This document shows positions 7,502-14,819 of a DNA stretch of 15,525 nt, in pieces; within the stretch, counting starts at the first letter, position 1, and the number at the start of each line of letters is the position of its first letter. The position numbers and the translations under genes were made by a program. The notes below the pieces were generated by a model. The model did no database searches. It was not told the DNA's origin and worked only from the letters and a program-made list of their open reading frames with translations. This stretch comes from a virus. The stretch is from UHGV virus genome UHGV-0084806, one strand, 5' to 3'.

Positions 7502-7959
7502 ACAGAGTAACCGCGATTATCTCCGCTCTGGTTATCTGCATCATCGTTTGCCTGTCATGGGCTGTTAATCATTACCGTGATAACGCCATTACCTACAAAG
7601 CCCAGCGCGACAAAAATGCCAGAGAACTGAAGCTGGCGAACGCGGCAATTACTGACATGCAGATGCGTCAGCGTGATGTTGCTGCGCTCGATGCAAAATA
7701 CACGAAGGAGTTAGCTGATGCGAAAGCTGAAAATGATGCTCTGCGTGATGATGTTGCCGCTGGTCGTCGTCGGTTGCACATCAAAGCAGTCTGTCAGTCA
7801 GTGCGTGAAGCCACCACCGCCTCCGGCGTGGATAATGCAGCCTCCCCCCGACTGGCAGACACCGCTGAACGGGATTATTTCACCCTCAGAGAGAGGCTGA
7901 TCACTATGCAAAAACAACTGGAAGGAACCCAGAAGTATATTAATGAGCAGTGCAGATAG
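7498..7959 (+). CDS. rzpD: Rz i-spanin
   Basis: Likely start ATG 7498 ([22 protein letters not shown]...): N-terminal transmembrane segment followed by a coiled-coil periplasmic domain. Follows the endolysin, as in lambda. Confidence 0.85.
   Translation: MNRVTAIISALVICIIVCLSWAVNHYRDNAITYKAQRDKNARELKLANAAITDMQMRQRDVAALDAKYTKELADAKAENDALRDDVAAGRRRLHIKAVCQSVREATTASGVDNAASPRLADTAERDYFTLRERLITMQKQLEGTQKYINEQCR
7718..7900 (+). CDS. rzoD: Rz1 o-spanin (outer-membrane lipoprotein), embedded in the +1 frame of Rz
   Basis: 60-aa ORF wholly inside Rz. Lipobox LVVVGC followed by a proline-rich stretch ([15 protein letters not shown]), matching lambda Rz1 as I remember it. Confidence 0.8.
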   Translation: MRKLKMMLCVMMLPLVVVGCTSKQSVSQCVKPPPPPAWIMQPPPDWQTPLNGIISPSERG

Positions 7960-7990
7960 AGCTGCCCATATCGATGGGCAACTCATGCAA

Positions 7991-8284
7991 TTATTGTGAG
8001 CAATACACACGCGCTTCCAGCGGAGTATAAATGCCTAAAGTAATAAAACCGAGAAATCCATTTACGAATGTTTGCTGGGTTTCTGTTTTAACAACATTTT
8101 CTGCGCCGCCACAAATTTTGGCTGCATCAACAGTTTTCTCCTGTCCAATTCCCGAAACGAAGAAGTGATGGGTGATGGTTTCCTTTGGTGTTACTGCTGT
8201 CGGTTTGTTTCCAACAGTAAACGTCTGTTGAGCACATCCTGTAATAAGCATTGCCAGAGCGGCAGAAAACAACATTTTTTTCAT
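7991..8284 (-). CDS. bor: Bor lipoprotein (serum-resistance lysogenic-conversion protein)
   Basis: The track ORF is 113 aa; the likely start is the internal Met giving a 97-aa product (MKKMLFSAALAMLITGCAQQTFTV...) with lipobox LITGC. Closely matches lambda Bor from memory. Confidence 0.85.
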   Translation of the reverse strand: MKKMLFSAALAMLITGCAQQTFTVGNKPTAVTPKETITHHFFVSGIGQEKTVDAAKICGGAENVVKTETQQTFVNGFLGFITLGIYTPLEARVYCSQ

Positions 8285-8646
8285 CTTATTATCCTGCATT
8301 GTTAAAAACGGCAGAATCCTATGTGACAACAATTAAACGATAGTTAAATGGATTGATGAAAATTAAAACTATATAGGTGTACGCTCAGACTATTGGAGGA
8401 AGTTGGGGACACTCAGAATCCTGTGGAATGAAATAAACCGGTCTATCCGTCTATTACCCTTTTAGCTGCGCTGTATCGTCGCCGTATTCCCGCATTAACC
8501 ATGACCGTAGCCCGACGGGGAATTCCTTCTGCGTGAGTGTGCGGGAATAATCAAAAACGATGCACACCGGGTTTTACTGTGCTGACAGACGCAGGGTTAC
8601 CCTCATAGTCGCTTTTCCGGTGCGATGGTGGAAGAAACCGGGATGT

Positions 8647-8841
8647 TCATCCATCATCACTTTGGATTGATGTATATGCTCTCTTTTCTGACGTTAGTCT
8701 CCGACGGCAGGCTTCAATGACCCAGGCTGAGAAATTCCCAGACCCTTTTTGCTCAAGAGCGATGTTAATTTGTTCAATCATTTGGTTAGGAAAGCGGATG
8801 TTGCGGGTTGTTGTTCTGCGGGTTCTGTTCTTCGTTGACAT
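8647..8841 (-). CDS. Small DUF3950/YlcI-like protein (64 aa)
   Basis: 64-aa ORF (MSTKNRTRRTTTRNIRFPNQMIEQINIALEQKGSGNFSAWVIEACRRRL...). The basic N-terminus and C-terminal region suggest a small DNA-binding protein. Position between bor and cos matches ylcI in DLP12 (from memory). Confidence 0.5.
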   Translation of the reverse strand: MSTKNRTRRTTTRNIRFPNQMIEQINIALEQKGSGNFSAWVIEACRRRLTSEKRAYTSIQSDDG

Positions 8842-8999
8842 GAGGTTGCCCCGTATTCAGTGTCGCTGATTTGTATTGTCTGAAGTTGTTTTTACGTTAA
8901 GTTGATGCAGATCAATTAATACGATACCTGCGTCATAATTGATTATTTGACGTGGTTTGATGGCGTAGATGCACGTTGTGACATGTAGATGATAATTAT

Positions 9000-9190
9000 T
9001 ATCATTTTTCGGGTCCTTTCCGGCGATCCGACAGGTTACGGGGCGGCGACCTCGCGGGTTTTCGCTATTTATGAAAATTTTCCGGTTTAAGGCGTTTCCG
9101 TTCTTCTTCGTCATAACTTAATGTTTTTATTTAAAATACCCTCTGAAAAGAAAGGAAGCGACAGGTGCTGAAAGCGAGCTTTTTGGCCTC
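9000..9190 (+). other. cos site (cosQ-cosN-cosB); the 12-nt cohesive end GGGCGGCGACCT is at 9041-9052
   Basis: The sequence ...CGACAGGTTACG|GGGCGGCGACCTCGCGGGTTTTCGCTATTTATGAAAATTTTCCGGTTTAAGGCG... matches the lambda right-end/left-end junction as I remember it, followed by the nu1 start. This is the expected internal position of cos in an integrated lambdoid prophage. Confidence 0.8.
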
Positions 9191-9229
9191 TGTCGTTTCC
9201 TTTCTCTGTTTTTGTCCGTGGAATGAACA

Positions 9230-9411
9230 ATGGAAGTCAACAAAAAGCAGCTGGCTGACATTTTCGGTGCGAGTATCCGTACCATTCAGAACTGGCAGGA
9301 ACAGGGAATGCCCGTTCTGCGAGGCGGTGGCAAGGGTAATGAGGTGCTTTATGACTCTGCCGCCGTCATAAAATGGTATGCCGAAAGGGATGCTGAAATT
9401 GAGAACGAAAA
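9230..9411 (+). pseudogene. nu1: Terminase small subunit nu1, N-terminal 60 codons only (truncated by an internal deletion)
   Basis: MEVNKKQLADIFGASIRTIQNWQEQGMPVLRGGGKGNEVLYDSAAVIKWYAERDAEIENE matches the lambda Nu1 N-terminus (the DNA-binding wHTH domain). After GAGAACGAAAA (9401-9411) the sequence switches to gene-C-derived DNA; the reading frame runs on out of frame to a stop at 9514. Confidence 0.8.
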
Positions 9412-9611
9412 CCCGCCAGATGTTTGCGCAGAAGGTGTCGGCATATACCGGCCTGTCCGTGCAGGCTGTGCTGGATACCGAGGCTGCAGTGTACAGCGGT
9501 CAGGAGGCCATTGATGCCGGACTGGCTGATGAACTTGTCAACAGCACCGATGCGATCACCGTCATGCGTGATGCACTGGATGCACGTAAATCCCGACTCT
9601 CAGGAGGGCGA
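9412..9611 (+). pseudogene. Remnant of the 3' end of head gene C (protease/scaffold fusion), lacking start and catalytic region
   Basis: In the nu3 frame, ...QMFAQKVSAYTGLSVQAVLDTEAAVYSGQEAIDAGLADELVNSTDAITVMRDALDARKSRLSGGR matches the C-terminal part of lambda gpC just upstream of the nested nu3 start. No upstream C sequence is present. Confidence 0.7.
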
Positions 9612-10007
9612 ATGACCAAAGAGACTCAATCAACAACTGTTTCAGCCACTGCTTCGCAGGCTGACGTTACTGACGTGGTGCCAGCGACGGAGGGCGAAAA
9701 CGCCAGCGCGGCGCAGCCGGACGTGAACGCGCAGATCACCGCAGCGGTTGCGGCAGAAAACAGCCGCATTATGGGGATCCTCAACTGTGAGGAGGCTCAC
9801 GGACGCGAAGAACAGGCCCGCGTGCTGGCAGAAACTCCAGGTATGACCGTGGAAACGGCCCGCCGCATTCTGGCCGCAGCACCACAGAGTGCACAGGCGC
9901 GCAGTGACACTGCGCTGGATCGTCTGATGCAGGGTGCACCGGCACCGCTGGCTGCAGGTAACCCGGCATCTGATGCCGTTAACGATTTGCTGAACACACC
10001 AGTGTAA
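9612..10007 (+). CDS. nu3: Nu3 capsid scaffolding protein
   Basis: ATG 9612 preceded by GGAGGG. The 131-aa product (MTKETQSTTVSATASQADVTDVVPATEGENASAAQPDVNAQI...NDLLNTPV) matches lambda Nu3 from memory. Confidence 0.8.
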   Translation: MTKETQSTTVSATASQADVTDVVPATEGENASAAQPDVNAQITAAVAAENSRIMGILNCEEAHGREEQARVLAETPGMTVETARRILAAAPQSAQARSDTALDRLMQGAPAPLAAGNPASDAVNDLLNTPV

Positions 10008-10016
10008 GGGATGTTT

Positions 10017-10349
10017 ATGACGAGCAAAGAAACCTTTACCCATTACCAGCCGCTGGGCAACAGTGACCCGGCTCATACCGCAACCGCGCCCGGCGGATTG
10101 AGTGCGAAAGCGCCTGCAATGACCCCGCTGATGCTGGACACCTCCACCCGTAAGCTGGTTGCGTGGGATGGCACCACCGACGGTGCTGCTGTTGGCATTC
10201 TTGCGGTTGCTGCTGACCAGACCAGCACCACGCTGACGTTCTACAAGTCCGGCACGTTCCGTTATGAGGATGTGCTCTGGCCGGAGGCTGCCAGCGACGA
10301 GACGAAAAAACGGACCGCGTTTGCCGGAACGGCAATCAGCATCGTTTAA
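10017..10349 (+). CDS. D: Head decoration protein D
   Basis: Start at ATG 10017 ([41 protein letters not shown]...), 110 aa, near-identical to lambda gpD from memory. The track start at 10011 adds two codons. Confidence 0.9.
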   Translation: MTSKETFTHYQPLGNSDPAHTATAPGGLSAKAPAMTPLMLDTSTRKLVAWDGTTDGAAVGILAVAADQTSTTLTFYKSGTFRYEDVLWPEAASDETKKRTAFAGTAISIV

Positions 10350-10370
10350 CCTTACCCTTCATCACTAAAG

Positions 10371-10391
10371 GCCGCCTGTGCGGCTTTTTTT
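10371..10391 (+). other. Stem-loop with U-tract in the D-E intergenic region (terminator-like or mRNA-stabilising hairpin)
   Basis: GCCGC-CTGT-GCGGC followed by TTTTTTT, with flanking AAAG/CTTT extending the stem. Lies inside the late operon between D and E. Confidence 0.4.
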
Positions 10392-10404
10392 ACGGGATTT
10401 TTTT

Positions 10405-11430
10405 ATGTCGATGTACACAACCGCCCAGCTGCTGGCGGCAAATGAGCAGAAATTTAAGTTTGATCCGCTGTTTCTGCGTCTCTTTTTCCGTGAGAGCTAT
10501 CCCTTCACCACGGAGAAAGTCTATCTCTCACAAATTCCGGGACTGGTAAACATGGCGCTGTACGTTTCGCCGATTGTTTCCGGTGAGGTTATCCGTTCCC
10601 GTGGCGGATCCACCTCTGAATTTACGCCGGGATATGTCAAGCCGAAGCATGAGGTGAATCCGCAGATGACCCTGCGTCGCCTGCCGGATGAAGATCCGCA
10701 GAATCTGGCGGACCCGGCTTACCGCCGCCGTCGCATCATCATGCAGAACATGCGTGACGAAGAGCTGGCCATTGCCCAGGTCGAAGAGATGCAGGCAGTT
10801 TCTGCCGTGCTTAAGGGCAAATACACCATGACCGGTGAAGCCTTCGATCCGGTTGAGGTGGATATGGGCCGCAGTGCGGCGAATAACATCACGCAGTCCG
10901 GCGGCACGGAGTGGAGCAAGCGTGACAAGTCCACGTATGACCCGACCGACGATATCGAAGCCTACGCGCTGAACGCCAGCGGTGTGGTGAATATCATCGT
11001 GTTTGATCCGAAAGGCTGGGCGCTGTTCCGTTCCTTCAAGGCCGTCAAGGAGAAGCTGGATACCCGTCGCGGCTCTAATTCCGAGCTGGAGACAGCGGTG
11101 AAAGACCTGGGCGAAGCGGTGTCCTACAAGGGGATGTATGGCGATATGGCGATCGTCGTGTATTCCGGACAGTATGTGGAAAACGACGTCAAAAAGAACT
11201 TCCTGCCGGACAACACGATGGTGCTGGGGAACACTCAGGCACGCGGTCTGCGCACCTATGGCTGCATTCAGGATGCGGACGCACAGCGCGAAGGCATTAA
11301 CGCCTCTGCCCGCTACCCGAAAAACTGGGTGACCACTGGCGATCCGGCGCGTGAGTTCACCATGATTCAGTCAGCACCGCTGATGCTGCTGGCTGACCCT
11401 GATGCGTTCGTGTCCGTACAACTGGCGTAA
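10405..11430 (+). CDS. E: Major capsid protein E
   Basis: Start at ATG 10405 (MSMYTTAQLLAANEQKFKFDPLFLRLFFRESYPFTTEKVYL...), 341 aa, near-identical to lambda gpE from memory. Confidence 0.95.
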   Translation: MSMYTTAQLLAANEQKFKFDPLFLRLFFRESYPFTTEKVYLSQIPGLVNMALYVSPIVSGEVIRSRGGSTSEFTPGYVKPKHEVNPQMTLRRLPDEDPQNLADPAYRRRRIIMQNMRDEELAIAQVEEMQAVSAVLKGKYTMTGEAFDPVEVDMGRSAANNITQSGGTEWSKRDKSTYDPTDDIEAYALNASGVVNIIVFDPKGWALFRSFKAVKEKLDTRRGSNSELETAVKDLGEAVSYKGMYGDMAIVVYSGQYVENDVKKNFLPDNTMVLGNTQARGLRTYGCIQDADAQREGINASARYPKNWVTTGDPAREFTMIQSAPLMLLADPDAFVSVQLA

Positions 11431-11434
11431 TCGT

Positions 11435-11448
11435 GGCCCTTCGGGGCC
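11435..11448 (+). other. Stem-loop with UUCG-type tetraloop in the E-FI intergenic region
   Basis: GGCCC-TTCG-GGGCC followed by a T-rich run (ATTTTCTCTCTG), immediately after the E stop. Confidence 0.4.
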
Positions 11449-11471
11449 ATTTTCTCTCTGTGGATGAGTCC

Positions 11472-11870
11472 ATGACGAAAGATGAACTGATTGCCCGTCT
11501 CCGCTCGTTGGGTGAGCAACTGAACCGTGATGTCAGCCTGACGGGGACGAAAGAAGAACTGGCGCTCCGTGTGGCAGAGCTGGAAGAAGAGCTTGATGAC
11601 ACGGATGACACTGCCGGTCAGGACACCCCTCTCAGCCCGGAAAATGTGCTGACCGGGCATGAAAATGAGGCTGTATCAGCGCAGCCGGATACCATGATTC
11701 AGGATGCGGCTGATCTGGTCACCGTTGTGGCACTGGTGACGCTGCATACTGATGCACTTCACGCCACGCGGGATGAACCTGTGGCATTTGTGATGCAGGG
11801 AACGGCGTTCCGTGTCTCTGCCGGTGTGGCAGCTGAAATGACAGAACGTGGCCTGGCCAGAATGCAATAA
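11472..11870 (+). CDS. FI: DNA packaging protein FI
   Basis: Start at ATG 11472 (MTKDELIARLRSLGEQLNRDVSLTGTKEELALRVAELEEELDD...), 132 aa, matches lambda gpFI from memory. The track ORF starts at an upstream GTG (11433). Confidence 0.85.
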   Translation: MTKDELIARLRSLGEQLNRDVSLTGTKEELALRVAELEEELDDTDDTAGQDTPLSPENVLTGHENEAVSAQPDTMIQDAADLVTVVALVTLHTDALHATRDEPVAFVMQGTAFRVSAGVAAEMTERGLARMQ

Positions 11871-11881
11871 CGGGAGGCGCT

Positions 11882-12235
11882 GTGGCTGATTTCGATAACC
11901 TGTTCGATGCTGCCATTGCCCGCGCCGATGAAACGATACGCGGGTACATGGGAACATCAGCCACCATGACATCCGGTGAGCAGTCCGGTGCGGTGATACG
12001 TGGTGTTTTTGATGACCCTGAAAATATCAGCTATGCCGGACAGGGCGTGCGCGTTGAAGGCTCCAGCCCGTCCCTGTTTGTCCGGACTGATGATGTGCGG
12101 CAGCTGCGGCGTGGAGACACGCTGACCATCGGTGAGGAAAACTTCTGGGTAGATCGGGTTACGCCGGATGATGGCGGAAGCTGTCATCTCTGGCTTGGGC
12201 GGGGGGTACCGCCTGCCGTTAACCGTCGCCGCTGA
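11882..12235 (+). CDS. FII: Head-tail connector protein FII
   Basis: 117 aa (MADFDNLFDAAIARADETIRGYMGTSATMTSGEQSGAVIRGVFDDPENISYAGQGV...), matches lambda gpFII from memory. Confidence 0.9.
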   Translation: MADFDNLFDAAIARADETIRGYMGTSATMTSGEQSGAVIRGVFDDPENISYAGQGVRVEGSSPSLFVRTDDVRQLRRGDTLTIGEENFWVDRVTPDDGGSCHLWLGRGVPPAVNRRR

Positions 12236-12246
12236 AAGGGGGATGT

Positions 12247-12825
12247 ATGGCCATAAAAGGTCTTGAGCAGGCCGTTGAAAACCTCAGCCGTATCAGCAAA
12301 ACGGCGGTGCCTGGTGCCGCCGCAATGGCCATTAACCGCGTTGCTTCATCCGCGATATCGCAGTCGGCGTCACAGGTTGCCCGTGAGACAAAGGTACGCC
12401 GGAAACTGGTAAAGGAAAGGGCCAGGCTGAAAAGGGCCACGGTCAAAAATCCGCAGGCCAGAATCAGGGTTAACCGGGGGGATTTGCCCGTAATCAAGCT
12501 GGGTAACGCGCGGATTGTCCTGTCCCGACGCAGGCGTCGTAAAAAGGGGCAGCGTTCAGCCCTGAAAGGTGGCGGCAGCGTGCTTGTGGTGGGAAACCGT
12601 CGTATTCCCGGCGCGTTTATTCAGCAACTGAAAAATGGCCGGTGGCATGTCATGCAGCGTGTGGCCGGGAAAAACCGTTACCCCATTGATGTGGTGAAAA
12701 TCCCGATGGCGGTGCCGCTTACCACGGCGTTTAAACAGAATATTGAACGGATACGGCGTGAACGTCTTCCGAAAGAGCTGGGCTATGCGCTGCAGCATCA
12801 ACTGAGAATGGTAATAAAGCGATGA
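12247..12825 (+). CDS. Z: Tail completion protein Z
   Basis: 192 aa (MAIKGLEQAVENLSRISKTAVPGAAAMAINRVASSAISQSASQVARETK...), matches lambda gpZ. Stop overlaps the U start (ATGA). Confidence 0.9.
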   Translation: MAIKGLEQAVENLSRISKTAVPGAAAMAINRVASSAISQSASQVARETKVRRKLVKERARLKRATVKNPQARIRVNRGDLPVIKLGNARIVLSRRRRRKKGQRSALKGGGSVLVVGNRRIPGAFIQQLKNGRWHVMQRVAGKNRYPIDVVKIPMAVPLTTAFKQNIERIRRERLPKELGYALQHQLRMVIKR

Positions 12826-13217
12826 AACATACTGAACTCCGTGCAGCCGTACTGGATGCACTGGAGAAGCATGACACCGGGGCGACGCTTTTTGATGGTC
12901 GCCCCGCTGTTTTTGATGAGGCGGATTTTCCGGCAATTGCCGTTTATCTCATCGGCGCTGAATACACGGGCGAAGAGCTGGACAGTGATACCTGGCAGGC
13001 GGAGCTGCATATTGAAGTTTTCCTGCCTGCTCAGGTGCCGGATTCAGAGCTGGATTCGTGGATGGAGTCCCGGATTTATCCGGTGATGAGCGATATCCCG
13101 GCACTGTCAGATTTGATCACCAGTATGGTGGCCAGTGGCTATGACTACCGGCGCGACGATGATGCGGGCCTGTGGAGTTCAGCCGATCTGACTTATGTCA
13201 TTACCTATGAAATGTGA
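12822..13217 (+). CDS. U: Tail terminator protein U
   Basis: 131 aa ([54 protein letters not shown]...), matches lambda gpU. Confidence 0.9.
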   Translation: MKHTELRAAVLDALEKHDTGATLFDGRPAVFDEADFPAIAVYLIGAEYTGEELDSDTWQAELHIEVFLPAQVPDSELDSWMESRIYPVMSDIPALSDLITSMVASGYDYRRDDDAGLWSSADLTYVITYEM

Positions 13218-13224
13218 GGACGAT

Positions 13225-13965
13225 ATGCCTGTACCAAATCCAGTAATGCCGGTGAAAGGGGCCGGGACCACACTGTGGGTTTATAAGGGGAGCGGTGACC
13301 CTTATGCGAACCCGCTTTCAGACGTTGACTGGTCGCGTCTGGCAAAAGTTAAAGACCTGACGCCCGGCGAACTGACCGCTGAGTCCTATGACGACAGCTA
13401 TCTCGATGATGAAGATGCAGACTGGACTGCGACCGGGCAGGGGCAGAAATCTGCCGGAGATACCAGCTTCACGCTGGCTTGGATGCCCGGAGAGCAGGGG
13501 CAGCAGGCGCTGCTGGCGTGGTTTAATGAAGGTGATACCCGTGCCTATAAAATCCGCTTCCCGAACGGCACGGTCGATGTGTTCCGCGGCTGGGTCAGCA
13601 GTATCGGTAAGGCGGTGACGGCGAAGGAAGTGATCACCCGCACGGTGAAAGTCACCAACGTGGGACGCCCGTCGATGGCAGAAGATCGCAGCACGGTAAC
13701 AGCGGCAACCGGCATGACCGTGACGCCTGCCAGCACTTCGGTGGTGAAAGGGCGGAGCATCACGCTGACCGTGGCATTCCAGCCGGAAGGCGCAACCGAC
13801 AAGAGCTTCCGTGCGGTGTCTTCGGATAAAACAAAAGCCACCGTGTCGGTCAGTGGTATGACCATCACCGTGAACGGCGTTGCTGCAGGCAAGGTCAACA
13901 TTCCGGTTGTATCTGGTAATGGTGAGTTTGCTGCGGTTGCAGAAATCACCGTCACCGCCAGTTAA
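13225..13965 (+). CDS. V: Major tail tube protein V (with C-terminal Ig-like domain)
   Basis: Start at ATG 13225 with GAGGA Shine-Dalgarno ([45 protein letters not shown]...), 246 aa, matches lambda gpV. The track ORF starts upstream at 13195, inside U. Confidence 0.9.
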   Translation: MPVPNPVMPVKGAGTTLWVYKGSGDPYANPLSDVDWSRLAKVKDLTPGELTAESYDDSYLDDEDADWTATGQGQKSAGDTSFTLAWMPGEQGQQALLAWFNEGDTRAYKIRFPNGTVDVFRGWVSSIGKAVTAKEVITRTVKVTNVGRPSMAEDRSTVTAATGMTVTPASTSVVKGRSITLTVAFQPEGATDKSFRAVSSDKTKATVSVSGMTITVNGVAAGKVNIPVVSGNGEFAAVAEITVTAS

Positions 13966-13980
13966 TCCGGAGAGTCAGCG

Positions 13981-14403
13981 ATGTTCCTGAAAACAGAATC
14001 ATTTGAACATAACGGTGTGACCGTCACGCTTTCTGAACTGTCAGCCCTGCAGCGTATTGAGCATCTCGCCCTGATGAAACGGCAGGCAGAACAGGCGGAG
14101 TCAGACAGCAACCGGAAGTTTACTGTGGAAGACGCCATCAGAACCGGCGCGTTTCTGGTGGCGATGTCCCTGTGGCATAACCATCCGCAGAAGACGCAGA
14201 TGCCGTCCATGAATGAAGCCGTTAAACAGATTGAGCAGGAAGTGCTTACCACCTGGCCCACAGAGGCAATTTCTCATGCTGAAAACGTGGTGTACCGGCT
14301 GTCCGGTATGTCTGAGTTTGTGGTGAATGATGCTCCTGAACAGGCAGAGGACGCCGGGCCTGCAGAGCCTGTTTCTGCGGGAAAGTGTTCGACGGTGAGC
14401 TGA
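13981..14403 (+). CDS. G: Tail assembly chaperone G
   Basis: 140 aa (MFLKTESFEHNGVTVTLSELSALQRIEHLALMKRQAEQAESDSNRKFTVEDAIRTGAF...), matches lambda gpG. Confidence 0.9.
   Translation: MFLKTESFEHNGVTVTLSELSALQRIEHLALMKRQAEQAESDSNRKFTVEDAIRTGAFLVAMSLWHNHPQKTQMPSMNEAVKQIEQEVLTTWPTEAISHAENVVYRLSGMSEFVVNDAPEQAEDAGPAEPVSAGKCSTVS
14379..14385 (+). other. Programmed -1 ribosomal frameshift slippery heptamer G_GGA_AAG (G to G-T fusion)
   Basis: GGGAAAG at 14379-14385 lies in the G frame as G.GGA.AAG, 6 codons before the G stop. The T frame (ORF 14385-14819) is the -1 frame relative to G. Same arrangement as the lambda G/GT frameshift. Confidence 0.75.
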
Positions 14404-14819
14404 GTTTTGCCCTGAAACTGGCGCGTGAGATGGGGCGACCCGACTGGCGCGCCATGCTTGCCGGGATGTCATCCACGGAGTATGCCGACTGGCACCGCTT
14501 TTACAGTACCCATTATTTTCATGATGTTCTGCTGGATATGCACTTTTCCGGGCTGACGTACACCGTGCTCAGCCTGTTTTTCAGCGATCCGGATATGCAT
14601 CCGCTGGATTTCAGTCTGCTGAACCGGCGCGAGGCTGACGAAGAGCCTGAAGATGATGTGCTGATGCAGAAAGCGGCAGGGCTTGCCGGAGGTGTCCGCT
14701 TTGGCCCGGACGGGAATGAAGTTATCCCTACTTCCCCGGATGTGGCGGACATGACGGAGGATGACGTAATGCTGATGACAGTATCAGAAGGGATCGCAGG
14801 AGGAGTCCGGTATGGCTGA
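14385..14819 (+). CDS. T: Tail assembly protein T (made as a G-T fusion by -1 frameshifting; not independently initiated)
   Basis: -1 frame relative to G. Translation (...LSFALKLAREMGRPDWRAMLAGMSSTEYADWHRFYSTHYFHDVLLDMHFSGL...) matches lambda gpT. No independent start is expected; the fusion would span 13981-14819. Confidence 0.8.
   Translation: MFDGELSFALKLAREMGRPDWRAMLAGMSSTEYADWHRFYSTHYFHDVLLDMHFSGLTYTVLSLFFSDPDMHPLDFSLLNRREADEEPEDDVLMQKAAGLAGGVRFGPDGNEVIPTSPDVADMTEDDVMLMTVSEGIAGGVRYG

Noticed and set aside
8857-9114. 85-aa minus-strand ORF spanning the cos site
   Set aside because: It overlaps cosN and cosB, which are non-coding in lambda; the translation is low-complexity and there is no ribosome-binding site.
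9424-10335. Multiple alternative-frame and antisense ORFs across the C-remnant/nu3/D region (for example 9642-10076 -, 10036-10335 -)
   Set aside because: GC-rich DNA gives long chance ORFs. These overlap nu3 and D, which match lambda proteins, and read as Arg/Cys/Pro-rich off-frame translations.
10719-14752. Antisense and off-frame ORFs throughout the head-tail genes (for example 11357-11660 -, 11676-11972 -, 12556-12936 -, 13545-13955 -, 14101-14476 -)
   Set aside because: All overlap confidently identified lambda-like structural genes in a GC-rich region; none has an independent start context or a recognisable protein signature.
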